Under the pieces are notes generated by a model that worked only from the letters and a program-made list of their open reading frames with translations, was not told the DNA's origin and did not search any database. Made by a program: the position numbers and the translations under genes. DNA of 32,000 nucleotides from Stellaceae bacterium (lineage in GTDB: Bacteria > Pseudomonadota > Alphaproteobacteria > ATCC43930 > CGMCC-115725): contig DATEGF010000007.1 in NCBI GenBank assembly GCA_035280245.1, positions 660 to 32,659 on the forward strand, written 5' to 3'. Positions 24,576 to 32,000 of the stretch are shown piece after piece. The first letter of the stretch is position 1. Each line of letters starts with the position of its first letter.

Positions 24576-25781
24576 ATGAAAATCACCGATCTGCGGACAT
24601 TCATCGTGGGTAATCCGCCGCCGCGGCTGGGCGGCCGGTACTTCATTTTTCTAAAACTCATCACCGACGACGGCATTGAGGGCGTCGGCGAGGTCTATGC
24701 CGCGACCTTCGCGCCCCAGACCATCGTGGCGATGATCAAGGACGTAGTCGAGCATCATGTGCTCGGCACCGATCCGTTCCGGATCGAGACGCTCTGGCGC
24801 ACGGTCTACGGTCGCGGCTATTCGCTCCGGCCCGACATCTCGCTGATGGGCGTGCTGAGCGGGATCGAGATGGCGTGCTGGGACATCGTCGGCAAGGCGC
24901 TCGACAAGCCCGTCTACGCACTCCTCGGTGGCAAGGTGCACGAGCGGCTCCGCACCTACACTTATCTTTATCCGAGCGCCGAGGAAGGCGACGTCCACAG
25001 CGACGCCAAGGTCTATCGCGATCCCGACCTCGCCGCGACCCGCGCGGCCGAGTACGCGGCGATGGGCTTCACCGCGGTGAAGTTCGACCCCGTCGGCGGC
25101 TACTCGAATTTCGATCCGCGCCAGCCGAGCCTCGAGCGCATGGAGCTCTCGGAGGCCTTCTGCCGCAAGATCCGCGAGGCCGTCGGCACGAAATGCGACC
25201 TGCTCTTCGGGACCCACGGCCAGTTCACCGCTTCGGGCGCGATCCGCCTCGCCCGCCGGCTCGAGCCCTACGATCCCCTCTGGTTCGAGGAGCCGACACC
25301 GCCGGAGATGCCCGAGGAAATGGCGCGCGTCGCGCGGCAGACCTCGATACCCATCGCGACGGGCGAGCGCCTCACCACGAAATACGAATTCTCGCGCGTG
25401 CTCGAGCTGGGTGCAGCCTCGATCCTCCAGATGGCGCTCGGCCGCGTCGGTGGCCTCCTCGAGGCCAAGAAGATCGCGGGCATGGCCGAGACGCACTACG
25501 CGCAGATCGCGCCGCACCTCTATTGCGGTCCGATCGAGGGCGCCGCCAACATCCAGATCAGCGCCTGCAGCCCGAACTTCCTGATCCTCGAGAGCCTGCA
25601 GACCTGGAGCGGGTTCAACGCGAAGATCCTGAAGAAGCCGATCCGCTGGGAGGCGGGCTACGTGATCCCGCCGAGCGAGCCCGGTCTCGGCGTCGAGCTC
25701 GACGAGGAGGTCGCCCGAGCCCATCCCTATGAGGGCACCGACCTGCACCTCGTCATGACGCCGGATCCGATCAATCCATAA
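24576..25781 (+). CDS. Enolase-superfamily enzyme (mandelate racemase/muconate-lactonizing family, galactonate-dehydratase-like)
   Basis: 401 aa. The N-terminal capping domain is MKITDLRTFIVGN...GRYFIFLKLITDDGIEGVGEVY. Metal-ligand contexts are AVKFDP, LWFEEPTPPE and IATGERL. Confidence 0.9.
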   Translation: MKITDLRTFIVGNPPPRLGGRYFIFLKLITDDGIEGVGEVYAATFAPQTIVAMIKDVVEHHVLGTDPFRIETLWRTVYGRGYSLRPDISLMGVLSGIEMACWDIVGKALDKPVYALLGGKVHERLRTYTYLYPSAEEGDVHSDAKVYRDPDLAATRAAEYAAMGFTAVKFDPVGGYSNFDPRQPSLERMELSEAFCRKIREAVGTKCDLLFGTHGQFTASGAIRLARRLEPYDPLWFEEPTPPEMPEEMARVARQTSIPIATGERLTTKYEFSRVLELGAASILQMALGRVGGLLEAKKIAGMAETHYAQIAPHLYCGPIEGAANIQISACSPNFLILESLQTWSGFNAKILKKPIRWEAGYVIPPSEPGLGVELDEEVARAHPYEGTDLHLVMTPDPINP

Positions 25782-25808
25782 CGTCGGCGGTGGGGGGAGG
25801 CGAGCGGC

Positions 25809-26723
25809 ATGCGGTATGGGTTCATCGGCCTCGGGAACCTCGGCGCGCATCTCGCCGGCAGCGTGGTGCGTGCGGGCTTCCCTCTCACGGTGCACGATCT
25901 CAACAAATCGGCAGCGGAGTCGTTGATCGCGGCCGGCGCGCGCTGGGCGGAGTCGCCGAAGGCCTGCGCCGCCTGGTCGGATGCCGTGATCACCTGCCTG
26001 CCGTCCCCCGCAGCCTCGCGCGCGGTGGTAACGGGTGACGCCGGCGCGCTCGAGGGGCTCAAGGCCGGTGGCACCTGGATCGAGATGAGCACGAACGATC
26101 GCCACGAGATCGAGGCGATTGCCGCGCTCGCGGCGAAGCGCGGCGTCGCGACGCTGGAGGCGCCGGTGACCGGCGGCGTGCACCGGGCCGCATCGGGCAA
26201 CATCACCGTGCTGGTTGGCGGCGACGCTGCGGTCTTCGAGGCGCACCGACCGGCGCTCGAGGCCATGGGCGGCCATGTCTTTCACATGGGGCTGCTGGGC
26301 AAGGCTTCCATCATCAAAGTGATCACCAACATGCTCGCCTTCATCCATCTGATCGCCGCGGGCGAGGCGCTGATGCTGGCGAAGCGCGGTGGGCTCGACC
26401 TTGCTCAAGCCTTCCACGCGATCAAGGCGAGCTCCGGCAACAGCTTCGTGTTCGAGACCGAAAGCCAACTGGTCCTCAACGGCAGCTACAACATCAATTT
26501 CACGATGGATCTTGCCTGCAAGGACTTGGGCTTCGCCTATCAGCTCGGCCGCGAATTCGGCGTGCCGCTGGAGCTCGCGGGATTGACGGAGCAGATCTTC
26601 CGCCGTGGACAGGCGACCTATGGTGGCGACGCCTGGTCGACGCGGATCGTTCAGCTTCTCGAGGACGCCGTCGGCGCCGATTTGCGCGCGCCCGGCTTCC
26701 CGCCGGTGCTCGCGCCCGAGTGA
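25809..26723 (+). CDS. NAD(P)-dependent beta-hydroxyacid dehydrogenase (3-hydroxyisobutyrate/tartronate-semialdehyde reductase family)
   Basis: 304 aa with the N-terminal dinucleotide fold MRYGFIGLGNLGAHLA and a family-typical middle (GKASIIKVITNML). GGGAGG lies upstream. Confidence 0.9.
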   Translation: MRYGFIGLGNLGAHLAGSVVRAGFPLTVHDLNKSAAESLIAAGARWAESPKACAAWSDAVITCLPSPAASRAVVTGDAGALEGLKAGGTWIEMSTNDRHEIEAIAALAAKRGVATLEAPVTGGVHRAASGNITVLVGGDAAVFEAHRPALEAMGGHVFHMGLLGKASIIKVITNMLAFIHLIAAGEALMLAKRGGLDLAQAFHAIKASSGNSFVFETESQLVLNGSYNINFTMDLACKDLGFAYQLGREFGVPLELAGLTEQIFRRGQATYGGDAWSTRIVQLLEDAVGADLRAPGFPPVLAPE

Positions 26724-26750
26724 ATGGACAAAAGTGGAGGAGAGACGACC

Positions 26751-27725
26751 ATGAGTGCATTCGCGACATTGGAGAAGCGGATCGGCCAGGGTGAGGTGAT
26801 CATCCTCGACGGAGCGGTGGGGACGCAGCTCCAGGAGATGGGCCTTCCCATCTATCACACGGCCTGGGCCGCGACCGCGCTGCAGACGCACCCCTCGACC
26901 GTGCAGCTCATGCACGAGCTTTACATCAAGGCGGGCGTCGACATTCTCACGACGAACACCTACGCCTCCGCACGCCACAACCTCGAGCCCTTGGGGCTCG
27001 GCGACCTCACGGGCGAGCTCAACCGGCGCGCGGTGATGCTGGCGCGTGACGCCCGCGACAAGGCGGCGCGCGACCGGCCGGTGCTCATCGCGGGCTCGAT
27101 CTCGAATTTCGGGATGACCACCAGCGGGGAGAACCTCGCGACTCTCAGGACCCGCTCGAAATTCACCGAGGCGCAACTGCAGGCCAATCTCCGCGAGCAG
27201 GCGGAGCTCTTGGTCGAGGCCGGCGCGGACTTCCTGCTGGCGGAGTCGACGGGAAGCAACACCCATCGCAAATGGGTGAGCGACGCCTGCAAGGCGACGG
27301 GCGCGCCGTTCTGGGTCGGGTTCAAGGTGCATCGCGAGGCTAACGACCCCGCGGTGCTGACCGGCTATCTCTCCGACGACAAATTCACCGACGTGCTGGG
27401 CGACGTGATGTCCCACGGCGGCTCGCTGCTCAGCATCTTCCACTCGGGTATCGACGACACCAATGCCGCGCTCGAGATCGCGCTCAAGCAGTGGTCCGGA
27501 CCCCTCGGCATCTATCCCGACGCCGAGCGGAAGGACTATATGGCAACGGCGCGCGACCGCGCGGTCGAGAACAAATTCTCACCGGCCGAGTTCGCTGGCA
27601 TCGCGCAGACATGGGTGGCCTCGGGCGTGCAGATCATCGGCGGCTGCTGCGGCTACGGTCTCCCCTACATCCGCGGCCTGCGGGAGGCGCTGCCGCAGAG
27701 GATCGCGCGCCCAAGGCGGACATGA
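26751..27725 (+). CDS. Homocysteine S-methyltransferase (Pfam S-methyl_trans) family protein
   Basis: The ATG at 26751 is preceded by GGAGGAG, giving 324 aa. The N-terminus IILDGAVGTQLQ...TTNTY and the C-terminal IIGGCCG zinc motif are present. Confidence 0.85.
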   Translation: MSAFATLEKRIGQGEVIILDGAVGTQLQEMGLPIYHTAWAATALQTHPSTVQLMHELYIKAGVDILTTNTYASARHNLEPLGLGDLTGELNRRAVMLARDARDKAARDRPVLIAGSISNFGMTTSGENLATLRTRSKFTEAQLQANLREQAELLVEAGADFLLAESTGSNTHRKWVSDACKATGAPFWVGFKVHREANDPAVLTGYLSDDKFTDVLGDVMSHGGSLLSIFHSGIDDTNAALEIALKQWSGPLGIYPDAERKDYMATARDRAVENKFSPAEFAGIAQTWVASGVQIIGGCCGYGLPYIRGLREALPQRIARPRRT

Positions 27726-28780
27726 TCGACCTCTCCGACCTGCCCCAGCGCATCGCAGGCCCGTCCGCATGGTACGGGCCGGAAATCGCGAGACGCTCCG
27801 AATGGCTGGAGATCCTGACACGCGAGGAGCGCGCCGAGATCGCGGCGGCGACGGAGCGGCTGGCGAACTCCGGTCTCGACGTCGCCAAGATCCGGAAAGC
27901 GGACTTTCCGCTGCCGATCCTCGCGCCACGGCTTGCGCGCATCTGCCGGGACGTGCTCGCGGGCCGTGGGTTCGCACTGATCCGCGGGCTCGACCTTGCG
28001 CCCGGCGACATTCGCCGGGGGGCGATCGCCTTCTTCGGGATTGGCAGCCATCTCGGATCCGCCCGCTCGCAGAACGCGCAGGGCCATGTCCTCGGCCACG
28101 TGCGCGACCTCGGCCGCTCGAGTGCCGACCCCAACGTGCGCATCTACCAGACCCACGAGCGGCAGACCTTTCACACCGATTCCTGCGACATCGTGGGACT
28201 ACTCTGCCTCGCGCCCGCGAAGTCCGGCGGGCTCTCGACCCTGGTGAGCTCTGTCACCATCTACAACGAGTTTCGCCGGCGTCGGCCCGATCTATTGCCG
28301 GTGCTCTTCGAGCCGGTGGAGACGGACCGCCGCGGCGAGGTGCCCGCGGGCGCCAAGCCCTATTTCCGCATTCCCGTCTTCAGCTGGCACGCGGGACTGC
28401 TCTCGGTGATCTACCAACGGCAATACATCGAGAGCGCGCGGCGCTTCCCCGATGTGCCACCGCTCACACCGCGGCAGGTCGAGGCGCTCGATCTCTTCGA
28501 TTTGCTCGCCAACGATCCCGCGCTGCTCATGAACATGGAGTTCCGGCCGGGCGACGTCCAGCTCGTGCACAATCACACGCTGCTGCACGACCGAACTGCG
28601 TTCGAGGATTGGCCCGAGCTCGAGCGCAAGCGGCACTTGCTGCGCCTCTGGCTTGCGCCCCCGGATGCACGTCCGCTACCCGCGGTCTACGCCGAGCGTT
28701 ATGGCTCGGTGGTCGCAGGCAATCGCGGCGGCGTGGTCGTCCCCGGCCAGACGCTCAACGCGCCGCTGGAAGCGAAGTAA
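27722..28780 (+). CDS. TauD/TfdA-family Fe(II)/2-oxoglutarate-dependent dioxygenase
   Basis: The internal ATG at 27722 overlaps the previous stop (ATGA), giving 352 aa. An H-x-D facial-triad motif (FHTDSCD) and a distal His/Arg region (VHNHTLLHDRTAF) are present. Confidence 0.85.
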   Translation: MIDLSDLPQRIAGPSAWYGPEIARRSEWLEILTREERAEIAAATERLANSGLDVAKIRKADFPLPILAPRLARICRDVLAGRGFALIRGLDLAPGDIRRGAIAFFGIGSHLGSARSQNAQGHVLGHVRDLGRSSADPNVRIYQTHERQTFHTDSCDIVGLLCLAPAKSGGLSTLVSSVTIYNEFRRRRPDLLPVLFEPVETDRRGEVPAGAKPYFRIPVFSWHAGLLSVIYQRQYIESARRFPDVPPLTPRQVEALDLFDLLANDPALLMNMEFRPGDVQLVHNHTLLHDRTAFEDWPELERKRHLLRLWLAPPDARPLPAVYAERYGSVVAGNRGGVVVPGQTLNAPLEAK

Positions 28781-28800
28781 ACGCCTTCTCCCGTGGTCAT

Positions 28801-29280
28801 TCACCGCGCGCTGGCTGCCGGGTAGTAACTCTCGAGCCCCGGCGGGCCTTTTTGGTTTTTCACGTGATAGCGGTAACAGGAGAGGATCGGGTAGTTGTCG
28901 AAATTGGACGTGAAGTAGCAAAACATCTCGCCGTCGCCGTGGGCGTCGCGCCAAGTGAACTTCGGCATTGGCGTCCTGCTCTCGTTTCCCATGCTGTCGG
29001 ACACGAGCATTCCTTTTTCGACGAAAGTGGCGTTGTTGATCTTGCGGGACAGGCGCAATTGATGATGAGCGAGGGTTTCGATATGGGCGGTACCCCGGTA
29101 CACGGGACCGTTTGCGACCCCCTGGCCGATGATCACATAGTCGCCATCGAAAAAACCTTCGTTCGCCGGGGTGCTCGTCTCATCCGCCGCGAAGGCTGCA
29201 ACACCCACGAGCCCGGCAACCATTGATACCAAGAGCGCGCCTCGCAGCCCGTTCCTCATGTGGCCCCTGAGCGCTCTCAT
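28801..29280 (-). CDS. Small secreted hypothetical protein (about 125-aa mature, two Cys)
   Basis: The ATG at 29280 overlaps the stop of the carnitine dehydrogenase gene (ATGA); an alternative ATG lies at 29259. Signal peptide ...GLRGALLVSMVAGLVGVAAFA|ADE. The frame looks coding but uses visibly more A/T-ending codons than its neighbours. I recognise no family. Confidence 0.65.
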   Translation of the reverse strand: MRALRGHMRNGLRGALLVSMVAGLVGVAAFAADETSTPANEGFFDGDYVIIGQGVANGPVYRGTAHIETLAHHQLRLSRKINNATFVEKGMLVSDSMGNESRTPMPKFTWRDAHGDGEMFCYFTSNFDNYPILSCYRYHVKNQKGPPGLESYYPAASAR

Positions 29281-30767
29281 TTCGAAAGCGAGATCGCGCG
29301 TCCGCTGCCCTGCGGACGCTCCAACGCGCGGTGTGCAGTCTCGATGCGCCGGACGCGTCCAAGCACCTCGGGTGACGCGGGTGCCGCGTGGCTCGCGCGC
29401 GTGTCGACGTGGAGTTGCAGCTGCTCGGCGGTGGCGAGCAGGGTGCCGTCGTCCGATCGATGGAGCGAATGGAAGAGATGGATGCGCTTCTGGTCGGCGC
29501 CGAGGATCTGCGTCGTGACATGGAGCGGCGCGCCGCCCTCGACCTCGCGGAGGTGCCGCAGGTGCGTCTCGACGGTGTAGTAGTTGTGCCCGCCCTGATG
29601 ATAAGCCTGATCGACGCCGATCACGCGCAGAAGCGACTCCGTCGCATCGCCGAACACCTGGAGATAGCGGCTTTCGGTCATGTGGTCGTTGAAGTCGACC
29701 CAGCCGGGCTCGACGCGGGTCTCGTGCAGCCGCAGCGGCTTTGAGAGATCGTCGCTCTCGATGTCGAAACCCGAGCGATAAGCGGCGGTCCAGAGCTTTT
29801 TCTCGAACTGATCGAGGGTCGCGCCCGCGGCGTAGTCGCGCGTACGCAGCCCTTGCAGGATCGCCACCAGACAGTCGTCGCGAAGCCGCTCGAGCTCGCG
29901 GAAACCGGCGGTGCCCGCCTGGGCGTCCGATTGCGCCACGATTTTGTCGAGGAGCTTGTCGTCGAGCTCCGGCACGTCCATCAGCTTGGTCCAGGGCCAT
30001 TTGAGCGCGGGACCGAACTGGGCCATGAAGTGCCGCATGCCGGGCTCGCCGCCGGCGATGCGATAGATCAGCAGCGTGCCCATGAAGGCCCAGCGCAAGC
30101 CCGGGCCGAAGCGGATCGCGTCGTCGATCTCCGCCGCGGTCGCGACGTCGTCGTTGATCAGCCACAGCGCCTCGCGCCAGAGCGCCTCCATCATCCGGTC
30201 GGCGACGAAACCGTCGATCTCCTTACGGAGCATCAAAGGATGCATGCCGAGCGAGCGATAGAACGTCGCCGCGGCCTGCTTCGTGGCCTCGCTGGTGCGC
30301 GCGCCGCCGCACACTTCGACCAGCGGCATCAAGTAGACGGGATTGAAGGGGTGCCCGACCACGAAGCGCTCGGGATGCGCGAGACCCGCCTGCAGCCGAG
30401 ACGGCAGCAGGCCCGAGGTCGACGAGCCGATCATCACGTCGGACGGCGCGACCTTGTCCGCCTTTGCAAGGAGCGAGATCTTCAACGCTTCCTGCTCTGG
30501 CAGGCTCTCCTGGATGAGGTCGGCGCCCTCGGCGGCGGCCTCGATCGTTTTCACCACACGAATGCTGCCGGCGGTGGGCAGGGGTGCGAGCGTTAACCGG
30601 CTCCAGGCGCGCCGGGCGTTGGTCATGACCTCGCTGATCTTGCGCTCGGCCTCGGGGTCGAGGTCGCAGACCGCGACGTCGTAGCCGTTGAGAGCGCAGC
30701 GCGCGGCCCAGCCCGCGCCGATGACGCCGCCGCCCAGCAGGCCGACGGTTTTGATCGCCGTGCGCAT
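29277..30767 (-). CDS. lcdH: L-carnitine 3-dehydrogenase fused to a C-terminal hotdog (4HBT-type) thioesterase domain
   Basis: 3-hydroxyacyl-CoA-dehydrogenase-type N-terminus (KTVGLLGGGVIGAGWAARCALNGYDV) plus a C-terminal thioesterase-like segment (WVDFNDHMTESRYLQVFGDATE...YYTVETHLRHL). The roughly 496-aa fused architecture matches that known for rhizobial carnitine dehydrogenases. The ATG at 30767 shares one nt with the upstream stop (TGATG). Confidence 0.85.
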   Translation of the reverse strand: MRTAIKTVGLLGGGVIGAGWAARCALNGYDVAVCDLDPEAERKISEVMTNARRAWSRLTLAPLPTAGSIRVVKTIEAAAEGADLIQESLPEQEALKISLLAKADKVAPSDVMIGSSTSGLLPSRLQAGLAHPERFVVGHPFNPVYLMPLVEVCGGARTSEATKQAAATFYRSLGMHPLMLRKEIDGFVADRMMEALWREALWLINDDVATAAEIDDAIRFGPGLRWAFMGTLLIYRIAGGEPGMRHFMAQFGPALKWPWTKLMDVPELDDKLLDKIVAQSDAQAGTAGFRELERLRDDCLVAILQGLRTRDYAAGATLDQFEKKLWTAAYRSGFDIESDDLSKPLRLHETRVEPGWVDFNDHMTESRYLQVFGDATESLLRVIGVDQAYHQGGHNYYTVETHLRHLREVEGGAPLHVTTQILGADQKRIHLFHSLHRSDDGTLLATAEQLQLHVDTRASHAAPASPEVLGRVRRIETAHRALERPQGSGRAISLSK

Positions 30768-31663
30768 CAATGCCGCTTCTTGAGCTTCAGCAGCGTGCGC
30801 GCTTCCGCGGGCCCGAGGACGCGCGCGTTCATCGCTTCGAGGATGGTGACGGCGCGCTCGACCAGCGCGCCGTTCGTCGCGAGCACGCCCTTCCGCAGAT
30901 AGATGTTGTCCTCGAGGCCCACGCGCACATTGCCGCCGGCGACCGCCGCCATGCCGACATAAGGAAGCTGCATCCGGCTGATGGAGAAGGCCGAGAAGAT
31001 CGTGCCGGGTGGCAGCTGATTGACCAATGCCATCAGGGTCGTCGGATCGTCGGGCGCGCCATAGGGAATGCCCATGCAGAGCTGGACCATGAGCGGATCG
31101 TCGAACAGTCCCTCGCGCTGCATCTCCTTCACGAGAACCAGATGGCCGGTATCGAACACCTCGAGCTCCGGCCGGATGCCCAGCGCTTTCACGCGCCGCG
31201 CCATGGCGCGGAGAGTGTCGGGCGTGTTCACCATCACGTAGTCGCCGCCGGCGGCGAAATTCATCGAGCCGCAGTCGAGCGTGCAGATCTCCGGCAGGAT
31301 CTGCTCGACGTGCGCAAGGCGGGCCTGGGCGCCCGCCATGTCCGTGCCGGCGGAATTGAGCGGTAGTGGCGCCTCGGTGCTGCCGAATACGAGGTCGCCG
31401 CCCATGCCCGCGGTCAGGTTGAGGATCACGTCAGTGCCGGAGGACCGGATGCGGTCGGCGACCTCAGCGTAGAGCTTCGGGTCGCGCGCGCCCTTGCCGG
31501 TCGTGGGATCGCGGACGTGAATGTGCACGATCGCGGCACCGGCCTTCGCGGCCTCGATCGCGGACTCCGCGATCTGCTTCGGTGTCACCGGCACCTTGTC
31601 GGATTTGCCGGTCGTGTCGCCGGCGCCGGTGACGGCGCAGGTGATGAAGACGTCCCACCTCAT
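30767..31663 (-). CDS. BKACE (beta-keto acid cleavage enzyme, DUF849) family protein, probable dehydrocarnitine cleavage enzyme
   Basis: 298 aa. The N-terminus [48 protein letters not shown] is typical of BKACE. It is adjacent to, and coupled with, the carnitine dehydrogenase gene. Confidence 0.9.
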   Translation of the reverse strand: MRWDVFITCAVTGAGDTTGKSDKVPVTPKQIAESAIEAAKAGAAIVHIHVRDPTTGKGARDPKLYAEVADRIRSSGTDVILNLTAGMGGDLVFGSTEAPLPLNSAGTDMAGAQARLAHVEQILPEICTLDCGSMNFAAGGDYVMVNTPDTLRAMARRVKALGIRPELEVFDTGHLVLVKEMQREGLFDDPLMVQLCMGIPYGAPDDPTTLMALVNQLPPGTIFSAFSISRMQLPYVGMAAVAGGNVRVGLEDNIYLRKGVLATNGALVERAVTILEAMNARVLGPAEARTLLKLKKRH

Positions 31664-32000
31664 GGGTTACCCCCTCTCGTGCGGTCTGGCGCCTCGTGAT
31701 GCTCCGGTTGGCGCCGGTATCCGGGAATATCTCGAACGCTCTCGGGCAAGCGGTCCTGCCGCGGCGGCCGGCCGAAGGCGCGGCGATAGCAGGTGCTGAA
31801 ATGCGCGGCGCTCCGGAAGCCGCAGGCGACGGCGACCTCCGTCACCGACATGGTGGTGAGATGCAAGAGCTCGCGCGCGCGATTGATGCGCAGCGACAGG
31901 TAGAAGGCGGCGGGTCCCGCGTGGAGGTAGCGGTCGAAGAGCCGCTCGAGCTGGCGGGCGGAGACGCCGACCTGGCGCGCGACCTTGCTCACCGCCATCG
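31660..32000 (-). CDS. AraC-family regulator of the GlxA/GbdR/CdhR type (C-terminal HTH part only; N-terminus outside the window)
   Basis: The HTH region [78 protein letters not shown] closely follows the GbdR/CdhR pattern. The frame stays open to the window end. The stop overlaps the BKACE start (ATGA). Confidence 0.85.
   Translation of the reverse strand, partial: MAVSKVARQVGVSARQLERLFDRYLHAGPAAFYLSLRINRARELLHLTTMSVTEVAVACGFRSAAHFSTCYRRAFGRPPRQDRLPESVRDIPGYRRQPEHHEAPDRTRGGNP

Noticed and set aside
24651-27443. 930-aa ORF on the minus strand.
   Set aside because: It is antisense to the enolase-superfamily, dehydrogenase and methyltransferase genes. These all have clear family motifs, ribosome-binding sites and G/C-rich third positions on the plus strand. 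The translation is R/A/G/E-rich and featureless, so it is a GC artefact.
1-32000. A window-wide search for tRNA/rRNA/ncRNA genes, CRISPR repeats, IS elements or inverted terminal repeats, integrases, toxin-antitoxin pairs and defence-system genes.
   Set aside because: I recognised none. All intergenic gaps are 178 bp or shorter. No spaced direct-repeat arrays are present, and no ORF shows transposase, recombinase-catalytic, nuclease or helicase motifs. The window appears to be ordinary chromosomal catabolic DNA.

Overview
This is a GC-rich, densely coding window that looks like an alphaproteobacterial (Bradyrhizobium-like) chromosome; that origin is inferred from protein flavour only. I support about 33 protein-coding features. 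I found no tRNA or rRNA genes, CRISPR arrays, transposases, integrases or phage genes. Almost all of the window is catabolic or transport operons, many joined by ATGA/GTGA start-stop overlaps.

Layout:
- 1-1276: the 3' part of an amidohydrolase gene, followed by a C-terminal remnant of an aldehyde dehydrogenase.
- 1271-2542 (-): the Nramp Mn/Fe transporter mntH.
- 2573-8289 (-): VOC/extradiol dioxygenase, ALS-like TPP enzyme, SDR, IclR regulator, cupin and a second SDR.
- 8381-9764 (+): a 104-aa protein plus a Rieske oxygenase.
- 9765-14049 (-): an operon of an XDH/CoxL-family molybdopterin subunit, a split ComDE-like TPP decarboxylase and a class II aldolase.
- 14223-17685: a lone family-3 binding protein, DUF1989, a cysteine hydrolase and an amidohydrolase.
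- 17677-24397 (-): a PotABCD-type ABC transporter, an enoyl-CoA hydratase and an ADP-forming acyl-CoA synthetase.
- 24576-28780 (+): an enolase-superfamily enzyme, a beta-hydroxyacid dehydrogenase, a homocysteine-S-methyltransferase-family protein and a TauD/TfdA dioxygenase.
- 28801-32000 (-): a recognisable L-carnitine module (GbdR/CdhR-type AraC regulator, BKACE enzyme, carnitine dehydrogenase-thioesterase fusion) with an extra small secreted protein.

The most interesting signals:
- An AT-rich palindrome, TTCyATATATGGAA, sits in two separate promoter regions (8303-8316 and 14140-14153). The second copy lies inside a 41-bp nested palindrome. Together they point to one uncharacterised regulon.
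- That regulon includes a molybdopterin large subunit with no Fe-S or FAD partner subunits, in an operon with a split TPP decarboxylase and an aldolase. I know of no characterised pathway with this composition.
- The methyltransferase/TauD operon next to the carnitine genes has an unusual gene mix.

There is no defence-system-like or mobile content. All functional calls come from reading motifs in the translations, not from database searches.
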